NCBI GenBank assembly: GCA_051362555.1
Contig: CM120643.1
Location: 13,242,644 to 13,306,643 of the forward strand
Direction of reading: 5' to 3'
DNA from: Lingula anatina
Taxonomy: Eukaryota; Animalia; Brachiopoda
DNA: 64,000 bases
Shown here: one piece after another, positions 25,601 through 38,665 of the stretch
Position numbering within the stretch: the first letter of the stretch is position 1
Layout: the number at the start of each line of letters is the position of its first letter
Made by a program: the position numbers and the translations under genes
The notes under the pieces: model-generated
Told to the model about the DNA's origin: nothing
What the model saw: only the letters and a program-made list of their open reading frames with translations
Database searches by the model: none

Positions 25601-28600
25601 CTTGGTATTTCTCATTTATTCCAGTAACACAATTCACCTCCCCCCCCCCCCCAGAAGTATAGCACTTAAAAGTAGTTTTTAACCAAACAATGCATTTTTT
25701 AATTCAATTCAAGAAATTAATTTACATTTATCTATCCTTTTTTTAAAGTCATATCCCATTGCTTGTTACACAATTTTAATTTCATTTAATTCCAGTCCTC
25801 GCCTCTCTGCCACACTAATATAGCAGGTCTTCAGGTTCAGTCAGTGCTTATTCAAATGAAAAGTCAACGAAACAAATAGATAACAAGGTGCTGGCGATGC
25901 CGCAGCCAGCGTTTTTCCTGAGCAAATATTATATATCAAGGCCCTGGCTCTGATAACACTCTCTCAGTCCCAACAACGGACATTTTGAACCTGGACGCAT
26001 TTTTATCACACATAAGACGGTGGCACTAAGTTCTCTGGGATGACACACCAGTCCTTGGTCTCGTGATAAAATTCCAGGCGGAATAAAGATGAGCATTCTC
26101 CTGATACCTCCTATCTGGATGCTCAATAAAAGTGACAATAAAATAGTTAGCAACACTGGGCCCATCGAACACTCTGTCTCTGTAACCGATTTGCTGAGTT
26201 GCAAACATTATTTCTTCAAGGAGTGCAAATATACCAATAATAACTGCTCTCTCAACAAAATGACAAAAACGGTAGTAAAAATGTTCGATAAATTGCAAGA
26301 AATGAATGAAATTTCATACCTTTAAGTCTGTAGCCCCACCAATGATGAGCCCCTCCCCCCCCCCTCCCCTTCATATTATCACCCCCCTCTTCTGCTGCTC
26401 TCCCTGGTGACAGCACAATTTGAGATTGGAGAGATAGCTGTGCAAATTCACGCCCCCTTTTGCTGATATTTTTCTCCCTAAATTGACAAAGTTAGCTGAT
26501 AAATTGGGTGCTGTCACAGCCCATCCTATATCATAATTCCCAGTCTGAAATTAAAGGACTTGTGATTTGTTGCTGTACTTTTAAAATAAATAAAGAATGT
26601 GGGGAGGGGGAGGGGGGGAGATTGGTGGAGACATAATAGTTCCTTTCAAAAGCAGCAAGATTAGCTTTCCAAACTTTTTAAAATTCAAGCAGATTTCTTA
26701 AACTCTCCTGTAAAATTTTTGACATGCCTTTGAGTATTTTTTTTAGGTTTACTGAGAATTAGGATGGCTTTTTTATTTTTTACTGCAAAAGACAGCTGGT
26801 TTTGCAAACACTATTTATACACATTTTAGCATTGTTTGGATTATATTCTTTATGGGAGAGGCACTATAAGTTCCTTTTCCTTTTTTTTTTAAATTTTGAC
26901 ACAGCAGCAGCTTTAATTTTCATTTCTGAAAATCTTTTGAGGTACATTTTTGCATGTTTTGCATCTTTTTATCATTCTTTTTTTTTTAAATAGTCTTGAA
27001 ATATCCCTGTATTAAAGCCAAAACAAAGGCCACTTCTTGGTAGTAATCTAAGTTACTAAAACATTTTTAATCTTCTTTGCCGCATGACTGAAATAAGTTT
27101 TTTAACTTTCCAATTTTGTTCCTTTCAAGTTTGCCACAGATGCAACTTTTCAGAAGAACTGTAAATCTAAACTGAAACTAATGTCACTGACAGAACTGTA
27201 AATCTTAAGTGAAATTAACACTCCAAGCAGTAAATTTAGCCAAATTGTGACAGAGCTGAATTCCACACTGTGCAGTGGAAATATGGTGTGATGATCACCA
27301 ACTCAGCTTAACACAAGGTGCCATAGACACCAACTGCCAATCTCTTAAATCTTTTTAAAAAAATTCACAAAAATAATCAGTGTTTGGTTTATAATCTCAA
27401 TATTCATGTGGGCCTCGCCTGGTAACATCATTGTCCAAGGGGGTCTCAGTTTTAATGTTCCAGTCTATTTAATTTAAGAACTAGCAGACTTTTTTTATGT
27501 AGAAAAAAGCTGGTCTAAAAAAAGTTGAGGATATCAGGTAAGGCACAATATCACTCTTTCTGGGTAACAGAACTTTAACTGTTCGCTACAGCTTAACACT
27601 GGCTTAACTTTTTTTCACATGGAATAGTAATTATTTATTTTTAGCATTGCCAAGATATCTGGTAATGAGAGAAAACAGATAAAGGTAAATAAGTGCCGAA
27701 ATAGAATAATTGAAGAAGCAACTGGGATATTCCCTCTCTCAGACTTTGTTCTCAGGGTTTCCCTACTATAATACAAAGTAGAGTGTATAACAGCAGAGAA
27801 GTGCACTTTGTTCCAGCGGGGATTCCCTCTCTCAACTTGATGTTAAATATTTGGTCAGCTGAAATCCAAAAGTCCATGCCCTGATTGCTATTTATACCGG
27901 GCTGAACTTTGTAATGCCACTTCTGGATTAAATACATGGAAGGGAAATCCAAGCTTAAAATAGAAAACTTATTCACTCAGGACTGCTGTGACTAGAGCTG
28001 CTACAAGCTAGGTATAAGACAAAAAACATTATTTGATTGTTAAGACAATTATTTTTTTAATAATCATATACAGGACTTTACCAATACAAAATTGAAATCA
28101 TAACCATGTGCATCTCCGCAGTAACGGAGTAAAGCAAACTAGGTACTATATTTCTAATAGTTTAAAGTTTTAAATGAGAAAAGAACTTCTACATATTTGA
28201 AGTAACATAACTTAAAAAGTAATACTAATACCTTTGAATCAGATTTAGTTACTAGTACTTTGTAAAATTGCTCTATAATCATAATAATAATAATAAAGAG
28301 TAATTAAATTACCCATTAGAAAAGACATCCTCTCTCCACCCCACCCCCACCCCCTCCCCAAAAAAAATCTTGTTTATCAGTTTTATCACTGTCAAGTACA
28401 TGACTGACTTGAAACACCCGACTTCAAGTTACAAGCACACCCAGTCTTGTTCTGCTGGAGACGGATTAACACTAATGGCTTTCACTTCGCGTTGAGTTAA
28501 CTGAGGTCAATACTGGTGAAAACGACAGCCCCTATGACACAAGACAGGGATCCCTGAGCGCTCCAGGAGGTGGTGAAAAACAGGGAGTGTTCCACGGTAA

Positions 28601-29360
28601 AAATAAATCCTCTAGACACTCTGGAAAAAGCAGAGTACTTGCTTCCTTAGTTTTACAGCATTTGTATCTTTTTTGATCACACGCCTAAGAGTGGAATAAT
28701 TCAGGGTGGGAAGCAGTGGAACAATAAAAAAGAAAGTAAAAATAGACATTCTAGAAAAAATCTGAGCACTTAAAAGGCACTTGCATCCTAAAGTTAAACA
28801 GAACTGATTTTTTTAATCAAATATCTCAGAATGAAATTCAGGGTAGTTATTTGTAGAGAAAAACAGCAAGATAATCCAAATTATTTTCCTTTAAGTACCA
28901 TATTTCTAAGTTTTACCACTGACATCCTGTAATAAAAAAGAAAAACAAAAGCTGAAAAGGGACAGGAAAACATAAGTAACTTTAAAACTACTAATTTTGT
29001 AAAAAAAAAAAAAAAAAAAAAAAAGATATGGGCAAGCATATACTAGTACATAAATGCAAATTAAAAAGAAAAGATTTCAGATTCAACTGAGATTTTATGG
29101 GTGACCAAGTACATGTCAATAGGCCCTATATATTGATATATATATATATGGGGGCCTGTCACATGGGTCTGAGGCACTTGAGGTTTTTATCACTGTGTGG
29201 TTCAGTCACATGAGTATTGTATGCAAATTCTCTACCTGGGCCTTCCCAGGTACCTTCATATCTTAAGACACTGCACTTGGTGATAGGTAATACTTACATT
29301 GTGGGGCATGTATGGAGAGAGGGAGAGAATGTGTGTATCTGTGTGATAGACAGAGACAAA

Positions 29361-29361
<1 letters not shown>

Positions 29362-29424
<63 letters not shown>
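29362..29424. repeat. Compound (TG)n(AG)n microsatellite
   Basis: Direct inspection. Confidence 0.95.
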
Positions 29425-32400
29425 AATACATATTTACTTCATATTTTTTATGTGCCCTAATAATAAGATAATTCAACGAAATAGTTAACTGACTTGTGTT
29501 AACGAGCTAATATGAGCAATAGATGAGCACACATATACAAAGCAATGCATACCTGCACTTTCACTAACATACAGTTCTGTGCCTCTGACCTTGTAATAGC
29601 ATATGAGATTGTATAATATTAAAAGAAATACATGATATATATATATAATGGAAAAAGGGTATTTACTCATTTAAGACAACGACAAACCAGATAAGCCACC
29701 AAATTCTTCCGATCAAGTGATGAAATTATTCAAGTGCCAAATGTTGCCCCCTGAATGACTTTTAATTGTTCTCACAAACAATAAGTGCTACTTCAAAGTT
29801 ATTATCATTTCTCCTACTTGAAAACTGATAAGAAAGGCTTCACTAGAACAAGGACACTTTACTCCTGATAATGATAACTTATCGCCCATTGAAATTAGTT
29901 TCAATAGAATCTGTATTGTTTTATTACATAAGATGTTTTGTGTAATCCTGATTGTTTCTATTTCTTACATTCAAAATGTTGGCCAGAACAAACTCTCTCT
30001 CAGTCTATCAGGCTGAAAGTTGAGACATCATTCTTCACATGCAATACTGAAATTGTTTACCGAAACTGATTCAGCTTTAAATAAGTTACACAACTGACTT
30101 CATCAAACAACTAATATTTTATTAGTAATTAAACTACTACATCTGTCTATTGCATAAAGAGATCTGTGTTCATTTACCTACTGGTAGTGCAAATACCAAT
30201 TACAGAATGGTGATGCACCAATTGCACCATTATAATTACATTATATATTTTATTGTACAAGGTCAAGATAAACTGTGTATTGGTACTGAAATAAACTGAA
30301 CTGAATATGAAACTTTTGTTAATTAGACTCCACCATTCAAGTACCAAACAACATATTGCTTGAAAAATATCATTATTATATATTTAAAGTAATTTTAGTG
30401 CATAACAAAGCTGACGCCATTATTTGCTGTTATCATGTAAACCTAGCCCTACTTTCACTCTGTTAACTTTTTCTTAGACTTTCCAGGCAATTTCAGTGGT
30501 ATCAAATGAATGAAATCGGGACTTTAAGAACTACCTCAGCCCAAATTAATATGGCATAATGCATTGAGTCTTCTGAGTTTAGGATGTTCATAAAGGCAAT
30601 TACATGTGACAATTGATTCGATCCACCTCAGAGTTTTACATTTCATATTTACTAGCACTCTTCCTACATGACCAGGATATTAACACAGGTAATGTCACTG
30701 GTGGATTTAATAAAATAAAGTCAAACAATTAATGTATAAGACCAATCGCCTTTATCAGTGATGTCAGACAATATCTCCCTCCCCTCTATCTGTTTTCCTA
30801 TCATATATACCTCTTAGTGTGGAGCTCTAACTTATTGGTGAGTGGAGTGGTATCACAGTTAATACAGGGTGGTACTGGTAGTTAACACTGAAATACCACT
30901 CCAGACACAGCACGAGAGGCATATCACGGCAGTCTATTAAACTTTAATATCATATCATTAAATATTTATCTTATTTCCACTTGTAATCACGATGGAGTGA
31001 TCTGAGAGGCAAAAGCCCACTAAGATATCAGGTGTAAGGTTATGTTTCATACAATTTGAACACAAAATTTACCAGTGGTATTTTCCACATGATGACTTAA
31101 TTGTTATATATCTTGAAAGTATAGAAATTAAGGGAACACATGATATTGAGTAATTACCACATCTGGGTCACATTTGTGCATCAATAACTAATTTCACAAA
31201 ATCTATTACTGGCCAAATCCTCTGATGGTTATGATCTTACGAGATAACTGAAACATTAAATTAAATTGAATTCAACTGCAACTTCTTCCTTAAACATGAA
31301 GTCTATCTAATTTTCATTTGTGAATTACAAGCTGTCGAGTACAAGATTTCTCCACGTACATCGATCTTGGGCAAGATCAGCCGCGATCAGTTTTATGCTT
31401 TTCCCAGTGCAAAACTAAACAGGGTATGTCACCCTTACAACTTGCCAGACCTGGTCAAAACAATTCTGATGACACTCATCATTACACAAATAAAAAGAAA
31501 GAAAGAACATTTACCTAAGACTGCCCTTCCAATCTCACAACGGTAATTGGAAAATTTTCTGTGCTGCATCCTTAAATTGTAATGTAACTAACTTCTTAAA
31601 CCGGACTGTTGATTAGGACAACATTCTAATTTTAATTTTTGGGATAATATTTCTTTCCGTGTTTCATAACACATCCATGCACTCACTTCCTGTCATGGGA
31701 AGGAAAACGGCACATACAATATTACCATGCCACCAATTATTTTACAGTCAAACTATGTAATTGCCTCCAAAATACTCTACAGAAAAAAATGAATATAATC
31801 ACTGTTATGAACTACAGATACTTCCCCATTAAGATCAGCACCTCTTTAACTTTGTTTTTATCCAAAAAAAAAAAAAAAAAACTAATATGATACCAGCTAA
31901 AGATGAGGATGAAAGAAAAAAGACCAGTTATTGCAAATATTTATATCAGAGTGCCTAAAACTTGGCATTTCAGAGATGAAAATGGACCTTTTAAATTAAT
32001 CCTAAAAATAAGTGATGTAAGCACACATAGGGGTCTAAATGTATAACCCCCCCTTCCCCCCCAAAAAAAATTTTTATTACTAGCATTAAGTGTGCAACAA
32101 AAAAGTTTTGAATAATAAACTTTTTTTTATCCAACTTATGCCCAATAATTGCTTGTTGTAACAGCAAGACAGTTTGCAATGAAAACTACAGAACTATAAA
32201 CAAATACACTTGACATCTGAATTAGGCACCAAATCTTCTAAACATCAACACTGACTGAAAACATGCACACAGAGATTAACTTTGATGCTATGTGATGAAT
32301 ATTAACATACATAACAATGCCTGACATTGGCATACTTCTTTGACTCTGGCCTGAATGATAAAATTGGACAAAATAATCACAGCTTAATATTTTGACACTT

Positions 32401-32496
32401 GGAAAAAAAGTTTTATAAGCAAACATATCAAATAAGTTTTTTTTTTTTTTTTTTACTGTGGGGAGGAAAACATAGAACGGAGAAAGACATGCATAG

Positions 32497-32554
<58 letters not shown>

Positions 32555-32866
32555 TCCCAGACTATTGCTCTACGTAGATTGATTCAAATTCTCGGGAACT
32601 CCCGCTGAATGCAATCAGTTTAATTGAATGACATGCCTCCTCAAGCAGCTAGGGGAATGATAAACTTTAGTGCGAGTTTTGGTCGCACTCAAAAGGAAGT
32701 GAAAAGGCATCCAGAAGACTATAGTGCATGCAAAAGTTATTCACCCCTTAGATGCTCAAAGAGGCATGTCAGTCTGCCACATGCTTGTATTCTGCCAGAA
32801 TCCTTCCCCCCCCCCCCTTCCTGGAGTCGGAGTGAACAACTTAAAATGATATTTTCATTGGGAATG

Positions 32867-32912
<46 letters not shown>

Positions 32913-34000
32913 GAGGTGAATAAAACAGAGTGCAGTCCTAATTCAAGGAGTGTTTGTCCTGTGAAGAACTGGTCAACATGTCACTCTTCATTCAGAGTCA
33001 CATCAGGAGGCTCACCATGTGTGTCATGGGGATATATAGCACACTTAATCAGTACAAACACACTTGAAACCAAGCTTTATTTTATACATACCCCTTCCCC
33101 TCCTCTCCTCCCCCATGAACAGGTCTCACCAAAATATTTCAAAACTGATACTCAAAAACATGATAGATTTTGTTCTATGGAGATGACACGCACTAATCAT
33201 ACCATGAAGCATAACCTCTTCAGTAAATAAAACATAACTGATACAAAAAGACATGAAAAAAAATTAGTTGGTGGATCAAGTCATGAGAATGTCATAAATG
33301 TGAAAGTTTGGGTTACACAACTTATTAACATTCAGGGTCTCCCACAATGACAGGACTGTTAACTCTACGCACTAAGGATACTCAAGGTCTTGCACTGCTT
33401 TTTAAAGGAGCTAAAAATCTGTTCACTACTTTTTTTTTGGCTTTATTGACAACTTCCCTTTGAAAGATAAGATATGTATGTTCCTCTTTCAAAGTCAACA
33501 AGGATGACATTTCATATATTTTTTGACTTGCCCAATCTGACAAATCATCTAAAATACAACACAGCCATAACCATACAATTACAATTACTTACCAAACTGT
33601 CAAACTTGGAAATGTTCACTAGGCTGGAAAAGTGCTAGCCTATGCAGCAGTCACATTGAAGGAGACACGGAAAGAGATAAATAGAATTAGGTGCCCGCCT
33701 GACCAATCTGGAATTTCCTCCCAATCTGTAAATTTCCATAGACTCACTTTTCTGGTCACACTGGGTCCAGATAAATGGTTTTAGATCAGGAAAGACGAGA
33801 AATGAGATCGGTTGTCTCATTGCTTTCACCCTCTACTGCAGTAACAAGCTACTATCGACTGGGAATATCTGTCCCTGCTACAAGATACAGAGTACCAGAA
33901 GTCTATGTTGTTCCCCCTCTTATAATACTAGGACTCCTTCAACCCCCAGAACTTTGTACCCCAATAAACCAGAGATCAGGTAAACAGTGTGTACACTCAC

Positions 34001-34115
34001 CCCAGTCATAATGAGGGTTATACTTGTATTCTGGTTCCTCCATCATGATGACTGTAACGCTTTGGCCTGTTCTACCAGAGGATGGGAAGTTACTGTCACT
34101 GTTATAGTAGGGCAT
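34001..34115 (-). CDS. HNF4: HNF4 candidate alternative first coding exon B
   Basis: MPYYNSDSNFPSSGRTGQSVTVIMMEEPEYKYNPHYDW, ending at consensus phase-1 donor GGG|GTGAGT. Confidence 0.6.
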
Positions 34116-37100
34116 GTAGACATAACATTCACATACAACCAAGAGCTAGATCACTGTGTGTGTGTTTGCTGTGTCTCTAGTGAGCAATAAGAGGCCATCA
34201 TGTCAACGACATATATGTATCTGAACTGTCAATCATTCTTCAAAGTGCCCCTCCCCCCTCCGAAAGTTTTATCACCCTGGCCTGGAATCCTGTGAGGAAC
34301 TGTACTCCTTTGTGCCCTGCCACTTGACCGCATTGTGTGTATCAATAATTCTCCTAATTTTATCAAGATATGAGTCCCTTCTATTTACTGATAACCCTAC
34401 TGCTACTGCTGCTGATGCTTACCGCACAATTGACAATGATAAGGATTTGAATGGGAAGGAACGTCCTTTATTTGTGTTACTCATCATCATGATTCTTCCA
34501 AGATGCATGTGACAACAAATTCTTCTCTGTCAAAACGACTTCAAAGAGGAGAGTGAAAACAACTTGACTGTATATCTCTTTTACTAGCAGATACAAAGCA
34601 TAAAGATCCCTGAACAAATCCTGACATGTTTTCAATTATGATGTCTAAGTTGTTGAGAGCAATTTCATAATCCTTCCCAATAAGCTGAAGAATCATATTG
34701 AGTTTGTACTAAAAGTAAGACCTTTTTGTAGCTTCAATAATTTTCAAGAGGGAAGCAGAACAGCACAGAACAACAGAAAAACAGTCAGTTCTTATGTTTT
34801 CTCATTCTGATACAAAACATACAAAACAGATCTGTGCTGTGACAAAACATAACAAAGACTGGCAAAAACACAAATTGTTTTTATAACACAGTGCATTGAA
34901 AAAAAATGTAATATTTCTGATACTAACCCTTAAAAATTATCATTATAATAAAAATAATAACAATTAAAGAAACCTAGTCCCATATCTTCACCTCTCTTAA
35001 ACTGTTTCTATTCCTTTTACAAATTTTATGACAAAAACAGCTTAGAAGGATGGTTTCAAGTCAAACATAACAAAATGATGCTCATTATTTGTAATTAAGA
35101 CTGCCTGTCAAGGTTTATTTGCTATTTCCACATACATCATCAGATAAGTACCATCCAGCATGAAAATATGGTTAAACATTAATCCAACTTTCCTTAGCTT
35201 GCCAAGTTAGCAGCTTGTGTCAGAATTGGGGGGTTGAAACAGCAAAATCTAAAATCTATGGATTCCAACAGATTCTTATTAATGAGTACTTCTGTACCCT
35301 CCACCAGATTTGTTTTATTTGACATTCACAGACATTTCTCTGACATTTCAGAAAAAGAAAAGAACCCCCTTTTGAAATTGCTGGCTAAGGGCCTGCTCTT
35401 TCAATACCATATAAAATGCATCCACCTTGATTGGTGATACCATTGTTTGTGTCCCCTACAGTAAGGAACCAGAAAGGAACCCGATTGGAACCAATTTGGA
35501 GCCTGATTGGAGCCACTGTATAAACTGAGGTAACAACCCAGGAGCAGAAAAGTTAGAAAAGCTTACAAAAGAAGCTGCACATCATCCATCAGGTCTGCTC
35601 AGCCTCAAGCAGAGCTTAATTGGTCATGGTTGTCAACTGCTTACGAGACAACTTTATCGAACTAGTCATTTGTGACACACAGGAGCTGGAGGGCAAGTTC
35701 TCAACAAGTGGTAATGAGGGCTTCTGTGGTATTGAACATGACACTGAACATTAGAAAAAGTCACAGGGTTTAAATAAATTGAAATCTTTATTTTCAATTT
35801 GTTTTTTAATCTAAGATTTTATAAATGGTTTTTGTTTGTTTTCTTATAATTAAATCATCTTTTTTGTAACTCTATTACTTAAAGAAACTTGTGAAAATGC
35901 TTTTTTGTTAGGAATAACTGTTTTTTTTTTTTAAATAAACTAATGTATTATGTTTTTTCACTCATTATATTGCTTCACCTAGTGAGACACATTTTGTACA
36001 AAAACTGTGCTAAAGGATTAACAAACACATAATATCTTTAGCCCAAACAAAATAAACAAGAAAGTGTATAAACTGCAACAAACAGGAGGAACAGAGCATA
36101 AACAACCTCACAGGAATCCCTCAAATGACACCAAAAACATCCCATTATGGACAGTGTTTACAGTCTAGCTGGTCCCAGGACCACAGGCCTACAGCCATCA
36201 AAAATGCTTCAAAATTTTGAAGACTTGTAGAGCTAGCCATCAGGTTCTCGATCTGGGCACTGTTATGCAGTGACAATTTCAAGCACATGCAATGGAACAA
36301 GGGGAAAAAAGATAAGAAACAGCACGAAAAAAATGACATGAGACAGAAAGTGCACTTGTAGACACCAAAGAATTAAACTGGCGACACACTCTCGTCCATA
36401 CCCAGCACAAATGTGGCTTTTAAACAGGGCCAATAACAGAAAAGTTTCTGCTTCTTTCCATTTCCTTGTCTCTTCAGAGAGGGAAACAATTAGCTTTGCT
36501 GACACAACCTCTCTGTTGTGTTTTTCACCATGACAATTGGAAAACTTAGTCATACTTGAATGCACCAATAACTTGGTCTCCCTCGATGGTAAGCCACTTT
36601 TCCAATCTGGAGAAACGCACCCAAGAAATGTCAGATATGCTCCTGTAATTTTGTCATCGAGCAGAGTGGCAGTCTGCTCTGAACCTACAGACTTAGTAAT
36701 TCTGTAAGGTTTTATACCAAGACACTTTACTTATTATTAAGAGGGCTCCTTTTTATCAAATGAACCTGAAAGTAGTTAGCAATTTGTACATGATGAAATG
36801 GTATTGTTTCTCTTCTGTCTATGACTTATCCTCAGAATTTATTTTTAATTTTTTTTTTGTTCTCTGTTTTGGGCAGTTTTGACAAAAAAATTTTTATTAA
36901 ATAAAATTTATACTAAAGTTTGTTTTTTTTCTCAATTTCAGCTTAACCTCCTTTCTAAATCTTCCTTTCTTTCTTTCTTACACCCAGACAAACATACAAA
37001 CAGGTATTATGATTTTGTGAAATTCTAAAACAACCCAGAGCCACACAAGTTGAAAAAAGTTGTCAATGTAACAACAGACAAGAGACAAAACATTGGCAGA

Positions 37101-38430
37101 GAACGCGAGCAGACAAACAAGCCCGACACTGGTGTCATAAGAGCATGGGGAGACTTGGATATGATATGACAAGCTGGCGATCAAAACAAAAGTGAAATTT
37201 ATGTAGCTCTAACACGATAGCAATTACAACACCGCACAGTCGTGGAAACAGGATCCAAGTCTCTTCACAGAGTCATGCACAGAAGTCGTCCATTCCCTGG
37301 GACTCCATGACTTGAAATGAGCCCCATATTACTTCACTACCTCCTGCAAAGCAGCAGGCAAAAATCTCTTGTAGAGAAATTAATTAATCTCAAACCCCCG
37401 CCAAATTCTAAGCTAATTGCTTTCTCAGTCTGCTTTTCTCTCTCTCTCCATCACTATCTCCCACTTGGTTGACATTTTGATGGGATCAGGTAGCTGTCAT
37501 CAGGAGAGCAAGGCAATGACGTTGGTAAAGAAGAGAAAAGATTTCAATTATTCCCTGGCTCCAAGAACAATCAAAAGATGCTGCTTTGCATGACCTTGTG
37601 TAATGTTGTGCTGGTTGCCATGGAAACAAATATGGCTACCAGTAAACAAATCGAAGCTTGATTCTGCTTCTGGGTCATGAGTAGTGACAACCAGCGCAAA
37701 TGATTAATTGCAGATTTCTTTCAAATTGAAACAAACTTCTGAGTGCCAATTTCCTAAGCAAATAAAGTTTTTTTTTTCTTTCTCAACTCTGGACAGCTGC
37801 CAAAATATGTCTAAATTGATATTTAAAAGTTTTCACTGAAAATTCTAAAATAAACGTTTCAGTTTAAATTCTATAAACATGTGACTAACTACTACTCCGG
37901 GTAAATCATCCAAAACAAGACAAATGGTATACCACATGTCAAACCACAGACATTTGTATCAATTTGCAACATTTTTAAACAAAAAATAAGGGTTGGTTTT
38001 AATATCTTAATGAGATTTTTTTACGTAAATACTAATGGTTTAATGGTATTTGTAACTGTATAAGAAATACTAAAATTAAAAAGACAATATATTTCATTCC
38101 TACAAAACCAAAACCATTAAACTGGAAGACTTTCTTTCTCTCTCTTTTTTTTTTTTTAATTTCCTTTCTTTTATCATAATTTCATTGCTATTACTTTGAA
38201 TAACAATTTGATTAAGCTCATCAACACTGAGATTATCCTTTGAAGTGATGAAAAAAGTTGTCACAAAAAAATTACACAGCTTTAAAAAATTGGAAAAAAA
38301 ATGTCTTTTTTTTTTTAAACCACAACATTACATAGTCTGAAATAAAATGCATGCCCATATAAATCCTCATTATATATGTTAAAAATCAGCTATTGAGGGA
38401 AACTTTTAAATCCACATATTTATTTCCTAC

Positions 38431-38665
38431 CTTCATACATCTGAGGCGAGCCCAGGGGTGCTGGGGGCGGAGCAAGGGGCTGGGTTCCGGGTCTGGGGTC
38501 ATAATACCCATAAGCTGATCCATGGTATGATGGGTAGTACGGAGAATGGCTACTGGCGGAGGAATAAGGACTCCCCCCTGAGGAATCGTAAACCTCTGAC
38601 ATTGGCTCCGTCTTGAAACCATGAGTGGAATAAGGAGCATCGTAGAGCTGAATATACCTCTGCAT
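38431..38665 (-). CDS. HNF4: HNF4 candidate alternative first coding exon C (Tyr/Ser/Pro-rich, activation-domain-like)
   Basis: MQRYIQLYDAPYSTHGFKTEPMSEVYDSSGGSPYSS...PPPAPLGSPQMYE; GC-rich island in AT-rich intron; phase-1 donor GAAG|GTAGG. Confidence 0.75.

Noticed and set aside
33560-33640. TTG|GTAAGT donor on the minus strand
   Set aside because: In-frame stops upstream in the phase-0 and phase-1 frames; no ATG-led exon
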